This document shows, in pieces, positions 1 to 7,258 of a stretch of 51,637 nt of DNA. A program made the position numbers and the translations under genes. Source of the DNA: a virus (taxonomy: Duplodnaviria > Caudoviricetes); the IMG/VR virus record IMGVR_UViG_3300050023_000090, positions 1 through 51,637 of that record; one strand, written 5' to 3'. The notes under the pieces are model-generated. The model ran no database searches and had not been told where the DNA came from. It was given only the letters and a program-made list of their open reading frames with translations. Each line of letters opens with the position of its first letter. The stretch's first letter is position 1.

Positions 1-126
1 TCTGAAGAACGCAATCAGGCGCGCAGACCGAGACAGCGATCCACACCTCGCGTCAATCCTTCGAGACTTGGCATCCGGTGCGATCGAAGTAGTCGAACGC
101 ACGCCCCCCGAAGCGCACGCCGAGGC
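1..126 (+). repeat. Terminal direct repeat, identical to 50860-50985
   Basis: tctgaagaacgc...cacgccgaggc occurs at both 1-126 and 50860-50985; the copies diverge at the next base (g vs a). Confidence 0.97.
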
Positions 127-550
127 GGGGGATGCGAAAGCCCTGGTATGGATTCGCAAGAAGCTCGGCTTGCCAGAAGATGCCCAGATGTTCAGAGGGT
201 CGGACACGATTGCGGGAAAACTGCACAACCTGTGCTTTGACGCCCACGGCTATCAGACCTACATCGTCGCGTACAAATGCGATGACAAACAAGGTGAGAT
301 TGCAAGGCTTACCGTAAGAGCCGAACGCGCCGAGGACAGAATCAAGGAATTGGAAGCTCGCGTCCCCGCCGCGATCCCCGAGGGACTGTTGGAGCTTCTC
401 AAGGATGCGATGCAACTACTTCACGGGGTAGGAATGTGGAAGCACCAGGACATCGAAGACCAGTGGAGAATGAGCTACAAGGAAGTAGCTGAACGATACG
501 CCGCCCTGCGCGCCTCCCCCTCAGCGCCAAGTGAGGGAGTGAGAGAATGA
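2..550 (+). CDS. C-terminal part of a modular hypothetical protein; N-terminus supplied across the circular junction by the ORF at 50837 or at 51425
   Basis: Frame is open from the window edge and passes through the PPEAHAEA repeat; coiled-coil segment; stop overlaps the next ATG (ATGA). Confidence 0.7.
   Translation: MKNAIRRADRDSDPHLASILRDLASGAIEVVERTPPEAHAEAGDAKALVWIRKKLGLPEDAQMFRGSDTIAGKLHNLCFDAHGYQTYIVAYKCDDKQGEIARLTVRAERAEDRIKELEARVPAAIPEGLLELLKDAMQLLHGVGMWKHQDIEDQWRMSYKEVAERYAALRASPSAPSEGVRE
103..145 (+). repeat. Terminal direct repeat, identical to 51595-51637; contains the 24-bp cassette repeat gccccccgaagcgcacgccgaggc
   Basis: Exact 43-bp match to the last 43 bases of the window. 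The 24-bp core also occurs at 50962-50985. Confidence 0.97.
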
Positions 551-1155
551 AGGTTATACCCTGCACGATCTCGCGCGCAAAGGAAATCGTGCGCCTTTAT
601 CATCGACACAATCGGCCTCCCGTCTCTGGCCTATTTGCTATGGCCGCCGAGCTTGACGGCGAGACAATTGGGGTTGCTATCGTCGGCCGTCCCGTCGCAC
701 GGGCTTTACAGGACGGCTTCACTGCAGAGGTTACGAGGACTTGCACCCTCCCCGGGGCACCGAAAGGTGCCGTCTCTTTTCTCTACTCCGCCTGCCGCCG
801 GGCCGCGTTCGCCCTCGGCTATCGAAAGCTCATCACATACACACTGGCGTCTGAGAGTGGGGCAAGCCTCCGGGGAGCTGGATGGCAGATGGAAATGGAA
901 TTGAAGCCACGGCCGGGGTGGGACGCGCCATCACGGAAAAGAGGAGAGGGAACGGTGGATAACGTTGCAAAGCGCAGATGGGCCGCCACAGAGAGATGGC
1001 TTGCCAATCTCCAACCCCCAGAGCTGATAAGGGATTCGTGGGCAAGTGATCCCGACGACGACTTCAAGGGAATGTACGGAACTTCGAAGCCTGCCTCAGA
1101 AGAATCGACCAATGCCAAGACCCCCGAACCGCCGCAAGGGGAGGCCGGGGCGTGA
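547..1155 (+). CDS. XF1762-family / Mom-like GNAT-fold protein, putative DNA modification
   Basis: Motifs HRHNRPP, GVAIVGRPVAR, EVTRTC, SFLYSACRRAA, GYRKLITYTL, ESGASLRGAGW are typical of XF1762/Mom-like proteins. Confidence 0.75.
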   Translation: MKVIPCTISRAKEIVRLYHRHNRPPVSGLFAMAAELDGETIGVAIVGRPVARALQDGFTAEVTRTCTLPGAPKGAVSFLYSACRRAAFALGYRKLITYTLASESGASLRGAGWQMEMELKPRPGWDAPSRKRGEGTVDNVAKRRWAATERWLANLQPPELIRDSWASDPDDDFKGMYGTSKPASEESTNAKTPEPPQGEAGA

Positions 1156-1156
1156 G
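1121..1156 (+). repeat. 36-bp direct repeat, copy 1 (encodes PEPPQGEAGA-stop plus the overlapping GTG start of the next gene)
   Basis: cccccgaaccgccgcaaggggaggccggggcgtgag is identical to 1777-1812. Confidence 0.97.
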
Positions 1157-1811
1157 GATTCTCGTGGCGTGCGAGTTCAGTGGTATCGTCCGAGAAGCCT
1201 TCCGCGCTCGGGGACACGATGCGTGGTCGTGCGACCTTCTGCCTACCGAGAAGCCGGGACCGCACATCATGGGCGATGTTCTGGACGTGCTCGGCGACGG
1301 ATGGGATTTGATGATAGCGCATCCGCCGTGCACGCATCTTTGCGTCAGCGGGGCGCGCTGGTGGAAAGAAAAGATTTCAGACGGACGACAGGCCAGGGGC
1401 GCGGAGTTTTTCATGCGATTTGTCAACGCACCTATTCCAAGAATTGCCGTTGAGAATCCAATAGGTGCCATGTCACGTCTGTACCGGAAGCCAGATCAGA
1501 TCATTCAACCGTTTTGGTTCGGCAATAGCGTGCAGAAGGCAACGTGCCTATGGTTGAAGGGTCTTCCTCAGCTCGAAAAAACAAACGTTGTGGATCGAGG
1601 AATGATCTACGTAGACCCTCGCGGTCACAAGCACGGTGGGGAGTTTACCATTCGAGGGAAGCGCGCCTATTCACCGTTGATGCTCCTTCCAAGGAGTGAA
1701 GGCCGCTGGGCGATACGGAGCCGGACGTTCCAAGGCATCGCCGATGCGATGGCTGAACAGTGGGGTTCCCTCCACTCCCCCGAACCGCCGCAAGGGGAGG
1801 CCGGGGCGTGA
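1152..1811 (+). CDS. Phage DNA cytosine methyltransferase-like protein, paralog 1
   Basis: MRILVACEFSG N-terminus, DLMIAHPPCT (motif IV PC), IAVENP (motif VI), KATCLWL and RSRTFQGIADAMAEQW. Confidence 0.75.
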   Translation: MRILVACEFSGIVREAFRARGHDAWSCDLLPTEKPGPHIMGDVLDVLGDGWDLMIAHPPCTHLCVSGARWWKEKISDGRQARGAEFFMRFVNAPIPRIAVENPIGAMSRLYRKPDQIIQPFWFGNSVQKATCLWLKGLPQLEKTNVVDRGMIYVDPRGHKHGGEFTIRGKRAYSPLMLLPRSEGRWAIRSRTFQGIADAMAEQWGSLHSPEPPQGEAGA

Positions 1812-1812
1812 G
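1777..1812 (+). repeat. 36-bp direct repeat, copy 2
   Basis: Identical to 1121-1156. Confidence 0.97.
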
Positions 1813-1984
1813 CGCGACAAAGAGCGAGTTGAACGTCCTGTATTGCGCCTACTATTGGGCTGACAACCCTACCGACAGGACGGCCAAGAAGGCGCTATGG
1901 GATGCGGTGCAAAAAGACAGACATGATACAGAGCGCCGTGTCGAGAGGCATTTTGCTAAGAAGCCGAAGGAGGCGCAAAGATGA
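1808..1984 (+). CDS. Hypothetical protein (MSATKSELNVLYCAYYWAD...)
   Basis: GTG start lies inside the repeat (GTGA overlap); stop overlaps the next ATG. Confidence 0.6.
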   Translation: MSATKSELNVLYCAYYWADNPTDRTAKKALWDAVQKDRHDTERRVERHFAKKPKEAQR

Positions 1985-2274
1985 TCGATGCTATCTTATC
2001 TTTTCTCAACTCCCCCGTTCCTCGCCTGGTCTACATCCCTCCCAACGACTTACAATACGCTTTCGTTACGCTGGGGGGGATGCTCATCCTAGTCCTCTTT
2101 CCATGGGTCGTCTTTTGCGTTGCTATACGGAATGGCATTGACGGCTGGAAAGCGGTCGCTCGCGCCTTCAAAAGGAAGCAACCTCTTCTCTTGAGGAAAA
2201 TCCTTATCGGCGCGTGGAAACCGCTTCCTTTCTATGATCCCATTAAACAAAAGGAGAATATCAAAGGCTTATGA
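1981..2274 (+). CDS. Hypothetical membrane protein
   Basis: Hydrophobic segment FVTLGGMLILVLFPWVVFCVAI; ATGA coupling at both ends. Confidence 0.6.
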   Translation: MIDAILSFLNSPVPRLVYIPPNDLQYAFVTLGGMLILVLFPWVVFCVAIRNGIDGWKAVARAFKRKQPLLLRKILIGAWKPLPFYDPIKQKENIKGL

Positions 2275-2516
2275 AACATCTACATCTCATGATGGTCGAG
2301 GAGAAAACAAAACAGGATTTCATCGACACGGTGAACTTCGAGCTGTATGACAAGGACGTGTTCTCCGTCAAGTTCCAGCGCAACCTCTACTACACGGGGG
2401 TCGGCTCCTCTGACGGCTACAAGGGGAAAACCAAGGGCTTCAAGAAGGTAGCCTCCGGCGAGGTTAAGCTCGAAGAGAGCTTCATTGGATTCATTTGCTA
2501 TAAGGGAGGAAAATAG
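2271..2516 (+). CDS. Hypothetical protein
   Basis: ATGA overlap with the upstream gene; fills the gap before the radical SAM gene. Confidence 0.6.
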   Translation: MKHLHLMMVEEKTKQDFIDTVNFELYDKDVFSVKFQRNLYYTGVGSSDGYKGKTKGFKKVASGEVKLEESFIGFICYKGGK

Positions 2517-2517
2517 C

Positions 2518-3540
2518 ATGATAAGGATTCCCAAGTTTCTCATTCTGGAAAGTACGAATTGCTGCCAGCTTTCTTGTAAGGGTTGTGGCGCTACCCAATC
2601 CGACTTCAAGAAGGGCTTCATGGACGTGGCCTTCTACAAGTCCATGGTCGATTCCGCGGCTCGCGACAACCTCCAAGACAAGACCATCATAATGTGCTGG
2701 GCAAATGGGGAGCCTCTTCTCCACCTTGACTTGTTGGAGATGCTCCGCTACACCACTGAGAAGGGCTTCAAGACCTACGTCACCACGAACGGGATGATCT
2801 GGAACGAATCCCTCTTTCAGTGGATGATGCACGAACCTCTTTACTATCAACATATTTTCTCTCTTGACGGCCTCTGGGACCGCGGGAACATCGAGAAGGC
2901 ACGGCCCGGCTCGAACGAGGCTTGTATCCGCAATACGATTGAGAGTTTCCTCCTCCTGAAGAAGAAAACCAAATCGAATCTCGACGTTCTCGTCAAGATC
3001 GTCGAGAGGGGGCAGGATTTCGCCGAGATCGAAGCCTATATCGACTACTGGATCCGGCAGGAAGGCTTGAATTGCGTCGTCGTGGGAAAGATGCTCTCCA
3101 CCTTCGACACCGAGAGGATGCGCCTTTTCCCTTGCCAGTATCCCGACGAGACCTTCATGCTCGTCAGGTGGGATCGAACTCCCACTCTCTGCATGTACAA
3201 TCCCCACATGATGAACGAACAGGCAAGGCCGATGCGCAAGATCGAGTTTGGCGAAAGCATCATCGAGTACTTCAACACCGGGATGTACAAGACCTTCCAT
3301 GACGAGCAGGCCGAGGGCATCTTCCGCCCGCCCTGCAATACCTGCGGCATTGCCTACACCGGCACCGGTTGGCGCGGCACGATGCGCTTCAGGGATCCCA
3401 AACTTCTCCAGCAAACCATCTACACCGGCACCGACTACTACAATTCCTTCTTCTCTCTCGAAGAAAAAGTTAGACCTCCTTCCTGGTACGGCCAGACCAA
3501 GTTCATTGAGGATCCCTCTGGACGGGACTGGCTCAAATGA
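2518..3540 (+). CDS. Radical SAM protein with SPASM/twitch-like C-terminal domain
   Basis: CxxxCxxC (CQLSCKGC), GEPLLH, TTNG, FSLDG, and C-terminal cysteines PCQYP..LC..PCNTC; RBS gggagg before ATG 2518. Confidence 0.9.
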   Translation: MIRIPKFLILESTNCCQLSCKGCGATQSDFKKGFMDVAFYKSMVDSAARDNLQDKTIIMCWANGEPLLHLDLLEMLRYTTEKGFKTYVTTNGMIWNESLFQWMMHEPLYYQHIFSLDGLWDRGNIEKARPGSNEACIRNTIESFLLLKKKTKSNLDVLVKIVERGQDFAEIEAYIDYWIRQEGLNCVVVGKMLSTFDTERMRLFPCQYPDETFMLVRWDRTPTLCMYNPHMMNEQARPMRKIEFGESIIEYFNTGMYKTFHDEQAEGIFRPPCNTCGIAYTGTGWRGTMRFRDPKLLQQTIYTGTDYYNSFFSLEEKVRPPSWYGQTKFIEDPSGRDWLK

Positions 3541-3725
3541 ACATTCGAATGAAGATGAAAGATGGAACGATGTTGGAGTTTCTTCATCAAGGGAGACCGG
3601 GTGGATCTTATACGAAGAGTCTTCGCTATGAGCCTGGATTTGCTGTTATCACGGATGAGTGGTACAAAGAGACAGCTATTCCCTCAGACTTAATAGCCGT
3701 ACTGACAACATGGCCTAATAGATGA
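3537..3725 (+). CDS. Hypothetical protein
   Basis: 62 aa; ATGA overlap upstream and short overlap with the downstream gene. Confidence 0.5.
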   Translation: MNIRMKMKDGTMLEFLHQGRPGGSYTKSLRYEPGFAVITDEWYKETAIPSDLIAVLTTWPNR

Positions 3726-4438
3726 AAAAGCTGATGCTCACCTGCGGCATCGAAGCGAACGAGACCGGCCCCCGCCGCGAACTCTTCGAGCTGGCTGAAT
3801 CCACCTTCAAGCCCTACGCCGCCAAGTGGGGTTACGATTACAAGGCCGCCTGGTACGACACTATCAACGCCTCAAAGTGGCCGGGTTTGATCGAAGGACG
3901 GACTCCTCTTTGGCGCGGTCACGAACCTCGCACAAGCCCGTGCTGGCTGAAGATTCCCGCCATCGCCGAGGCCCTTCACGAGTACGACTTCGTTCTCTAC
4001 CTCGACCACGATTGCGTCGTCCTGGACGACTCTGAAGATGTGTTCCCCATCCTTGAGAAGGGAAAGTGGCTCGCCATGCTGGACTCCTTTATCGGCGGTC
4101 CCTGTGTCGGCTTCGTCCTCACGAGGCGCAATGACTGGTCTCAAGCCTTCTGGTCAAATGCGTGGTTCATCAACGCCTGGGAGACCGCGACGTGGACTGA
4201 CAACGGCCAGATCCTTTCCCTTCTCGGCTACACCACGACCGCTCCCGCGATCTGGCTTCATCCGACGCCCTACTCGGAAGGTTTCCAGCGCCTGCCCGAG
4301 CCGTGGGGTGGAGTCGGAGCTCCCTATGGAGGGAAGCCTTATCCTTGCGCCAGGATCTATCATATCGCTTATAGAGGAGACCCGGCGTGGAAACTCTCCG
4401 TGATGAAAGGAGCCCTTGAAAAGTGGAGAACGAAATGA
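3722..4438 (+). CDS. GT-A glycosyltransferase, GT34 (GMA12/MNN10)-like
   Basis: YAAKWGYDY, PCWLKIPAI, YDFVLYLDHD (DxD), CVGFVL and WTDNGQI match the GT34-type motif order. Confidence 0.8.
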   Translation: MKKLMLTCGIEANETGPRRELFELAESTFKPYAAKWGYDYKAAWYDTINASKWPGLIEGRTPLWRGHEPRTSPCWLKIPAIAEALHEYDFVLYLDHDCVVLDDSEDVFPILEKGKWLAMLDSFIGGPCVGFVLTRRNDWSQAFWSNAWFINAWETATWTDNGQILSLLGYTTTAPAIWLHPTPYSEGFQRLPEPWGGVGAPYGGKPYPCARIYHIAYRGDPAWKLSVMKGALEKWRTK

Positions 4439-5028
4439 TCCCCGGCCTGATCCACGTAATGCGTGATCCCTCCAGCGTGGACGGTACTGCTATTATTACG
4501 GGCCTCGAAAGGCTGTCGCAATACATTCTTGATGCCTCGGGCCGCGGCCTCGTGATGTACGAGATTGGATCCTTCGCGGGAGAGGGCGCTGAAATCTTTG
4601 CTCGCTACTTCTCCGAGGTTCACTGCGTCGATCTCTGGGACACGTATCCCCTCACCGGGGCTGTCTCCAAATACACCTGGCCCCAGATCGAAGCCTCCTT
4701 CGACGCGAGATGCGCCTCCGCAAAGAATATCTTCAAGCATAAGGGGGACGCCACTGAGGTTGCCAAAACCGTCCCCGATGAAAGTCTCGATTTCGTCTAC
4801 ATCGATGCGGATCACAAGTACGCCTCTGTCATGAAGGATCTCACTGCCTGGGTCTCCAAAGTAAGGCCCAATGGCTTCATTGGAGGCCACGACTATACCT
4901 TCTACACAATTGATGTTGTGCGGGCGGTGACTGACTTCTTCCGCTTCAAAGACGACGATGAGATCGTTCTCTTCCATGACGGTTCCTGGCTTCTTCAAAA
5001 GATTCCCAAATCGGAGGCAACAAAATGA
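4435..5028 (+). CDS. Class I SAM-dependent methyltransferase (Methyltransf_24-like)
   Basis: EIGSFAGEG, HCVDLW, DFVYIDADHKY and KVRPNGFIGGHDY. Confidence 0.9.
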   Translation: MIPGLIHVMRDPSSVDGTAIITGLERLSQYILDASGRGLVMYEIGSFAGEGAEIFARYFSEVHCVDLWDTYPLTGAVSKYTWPQIEASFDARCASAKNIFKHKGDATEVAKTVPDESLDFVYIDADHKYASVMKDLTAWVSKVRPNGFIGGHDYTFYTIDVVRAVTDFFRFKDDDEIVLFHDGSWLLQKIPKSEATK

Positions 5029-5426
5029 CCCCCCACGACGAGAACCTTTCCCACTTCCACGGGGATGCCTGGATTGCAAAAAAGTCTCCTCTCGACTGGG
5101 AGAACTTCTTCTCCGCCCTCCGCGAAACAGGAGGGGCCATCACCTCTGTCGAAGCGGCCCTCTATCACGACTACAAGAGAATGGTTCTTCTCGCCGAGAA
5201 ACTTCCCGATCAGGTCCGCCTCCGCGAGCAAGCCAAAGCCATCGGTCTCCTCCAGCACGAACGGGGTCTTCTTCGGCAAGCCTTGTCCGCCCTGAAGGTT
5301 GAGCTTCTCGCTCAGGTCCGCGGTATCGATGCCTTTATCGGGGCAACGCCCCCGGTCGCCAACGGCGAGGACGACCGTGCGGACAGTGATCCCCCGAAAA
5401 AAGGGAAAGGAGGCCTTGGGGACTGA
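5025..5426 (+). CDS. Hypothetical protein
   Basis: RBS ggagg, ATGA overlap, predicted helical content. Confidence 0.65.
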   Translation: MTPHDENLSHFHGDAWIAKKSPLDWENFFSALRETGGAITSVEAALYHDYKRMVLLAEKLPDQVRLREQAKAIGLLQHERGLLRQALSALKVELLAQVRGIDAFIGATPPVANGEDDRADSDPPKKGKGGLGD

Positions 5427-5514
5427 ACACGCCCCGTCTTCTCGCATCTCCAGAGGCGTTGCCTCTGACGAATCAAGGGAAGTCTGGCCCCTTGCCAGAC
5501 ACAGGAGTTTTTCT

Positions 5515-5955
5515 ATGGCAAAGACAGTCGTGAAAGGCCTCTCAAAGAATCCCGGGATCGTGAACACTCCCTACGCCCCCGGCTTCTACAAGTTTGAAGT
5601 CACCGGGGGAGAAGAAACTACTTCCCGAGCAGGGAACACCATGTTCGTTCACACGATGAAAATCCTCGAAGGTCCTGATCAGGACAGGAAGATCGAAGGC
5701 GGCAAGTTCACCGTGCGCTTTCCCATCACCGAGGCGGAGTTCACCGTCGCCAAGCTCAAGGACTTCATCGTTGCCTGCGCCATGCGCGTCGCCTCCGATG
5801 ACGGCTACGACCCCGCGAAGGCAATCGGCAAGGAAGTCTGGGGCCAGATGACCCTCGGCACCGGCCAGCAAGGCACCCCCCAGGCCCAAGTGAACAAGTT
5901 CTACAGCGAGGAAGACTTCCAGGCTCTCGCCAAGCCCTCGGACACGGACGACTGA
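5515..5955 (+). CDS. DUF669-like single-stranded DNA-binding protein
   Basis: PGFYKFEV...ETTSRAGNTM...KILEG OB-fold pattern and acidic C-terminal tail (SDTDD); RBS aggag before ATG 5515. Confidence 0.7.
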   Translation: MAKTVVKGLSKNPGIVNTPYAPGFYKFEVTGGEETTSRAGNTMFVHTMKILEGPDQDRKIEGGKFTVRFPITEAEFTVAKLKDFIVACAMRVASDDGYDPAKAIGKEVWGQMTLGTGQQGTPQAQVNKFYSEEDFQALAKPSDTDD

Positions 5956-5957
5956 AG

Positions 5958-6494
5958 ATGCCCGCTTCCTTGTGGCTTACACTTCTCAAGGGGGGGCCGT
6001 TCGACGGCCTCCCCACTTTAGAGTTGCGGTTCGAGCAGGAAGACTACTCCGAGATCGATCTCGGTCCCTGTCTCGAAATCCTGAACAAGCTGAACCCTCC
6101 TCCGATGCATCTCCATCTCCTCTACGTGGACGGCGCAAACGAGCTGGATCCTCTCCAAAGGTTCCTCGCCCAAGCCGCCGCCTACGGGATGGCCATCTCG
6201 GTCGAGTCCTTCTCAGGCTTCATGCCGTGGATGTCTTCCAATCTGATCGGGTGGCGCACCCTCCACGTCGAGGACGACACTGCCATCTCTTCCCCGGTGG
6301 AGGAAATCATCTACCACTCGAAAGAGGTCCCCGCCTTCGAGTTCTATCCCTTTCACCACGTGCATCCCCCTCTCATCTGGTGGGATGCGGGAACCTATCC
6401 CAATGCTCTCCGGCATTGCCCTCAGGGGATGCGCCTCTGGACCGCGAGAAAAGTTCCTGAAATCCTGCTCTTTCCCAAGGAGGAAACCGAATGA
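5958..6494 (+). CDS. Degenerate QueE/NrdG-like protein lacking the radical SAM cysteine motif
   Basis: TLLKGGPFDGLPTLELRF resembles the QueE N-terminus and YGMAISVESFSG resembles the xxETNG segment, but CxxxCxxC is absent. Confidence 0.45.
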   Translation: MPASLWLTLLKGGPFDGLPTLELRFEQEDYSEIDLGPCLEILNKLNPPPMHLHLLYVDGANELDPLQRFLAQAAAYGMAISVESFSGFMPWMSSNLIGWRTLHVEDDTAISSPVEEIIYHSKEVPAFEFYPFHHVHPPLIWWDAGTYPNALRHCPQGMRLWTARKVPEILLFPKEETE

Positions 6495-6694
6495 GCGACA
6501 CTGCCAAACCTGCCCTGCCCTGCAAGCACCTCAATTTCGAGCTGCGCCCCGAGGACGATATGGGTCTCTGCACATGTATCGACTGTGGGATGCATCTCCT
6601 TCTCACGAAAGCCTTCAACGGCCTCCAGAGGGAGATGTTCAATACGTACCGCGAGCTGGTTCGCCTTACGGCGCTGTTCGCAAAGGAGAATTGA
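6491..6694 (+). CDS. Small Zn-finger-like hypothetical protein
   Basis: CKH...CIDC; RBS aggagg. Confidence 0.6.
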   Translation: MSDTAKPALPCKHLNFELRPEDDMGLCTCIDCGMHLLLTKAFNGLQREMFNTYRELVRLTALFAKEN

Positions 6695-6697
6695 GGT

Positions 6698-6940
6698 ATG
6701 ACAGATGCTTGGAAATCCTTTTGGAGGGGACTCCTTTCAGGAGTGCTTGCGGTTCTTGGAACCATTGGGGCGTTCCTTCTCTGGCGAAGGCGCTCTCCCG
6801 AAGTTGGATCTCCTGAAGAGATTGCAACAGAGGCAGAGGCGAAAATTGAGGAAGTCCGTCAGGAGATCAAATCCGACTCGGATCAAGCTCTCGCGGATCG
6901 TTTCAATTCGCTCGCGAAGAAAGAGGAGAAGAAGGGATGA
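6698..6940 (+). CDS. Membrane-anchored coiled-coil protein, possible spanin-like subunit
   Basis: N-terminal TM helix followed by a charged helical segment; RBS gagg. Confidence 0.55.
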   Translation: MTDAWKSFWRGLLSGVLAVLGTIGAFLLWRRRSPEVGSPEEIATEAEAKIEEVRQEIKSDSDQALADRFNSLAKKEEKKG

Positions 6941-7257
6941 AAAGGCTTCTCTGCATCCTATTTTTGGTCTTTATGGTCACTGGCCTTCAGGCGGAAGCGA
7001 CCGTTCTCCCAGAGGGCACAGTGATTTCGAAGCCGGGGACTCCTACCGTTGTCCTTAGCGATTCCCATTTTCTCCTCACTCGGGAGGACATGGAAGTGGC
7101 GGCCCTTGCAATGGAAACAGTCCTTATTCGCGACGACCAGATTTTGAAGTTGACCGCCTCTTGGAACGATCTTGCGGGAAAGGTCATCGTCACCGGAGTC
7201 GTTGCGGCTGCCGCAACCTTCTTAGCCGTTGAATTGTTCCACGCCTTACGGAGGTAA
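6937..7257 (+). CDS. Secreted or membrane protein with signal peptide and C-terminal TM helix
   Basis: Signal-like MKRLLCILFLVFMVTGLQA and C-terminal VIVTGVVAAAATFLAV. Confidence 0.55.
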   Translation: MKRLLCILFLVFMVTGLQAEATVLPEGTVISKPGTPTVVLSDSHFLLTREDMEVAALAMETVLIRDDQILKLTASWNDLAGKVIVTGVVAAAATFLAVELFHALRR

Positions 7258-7258
7258 G

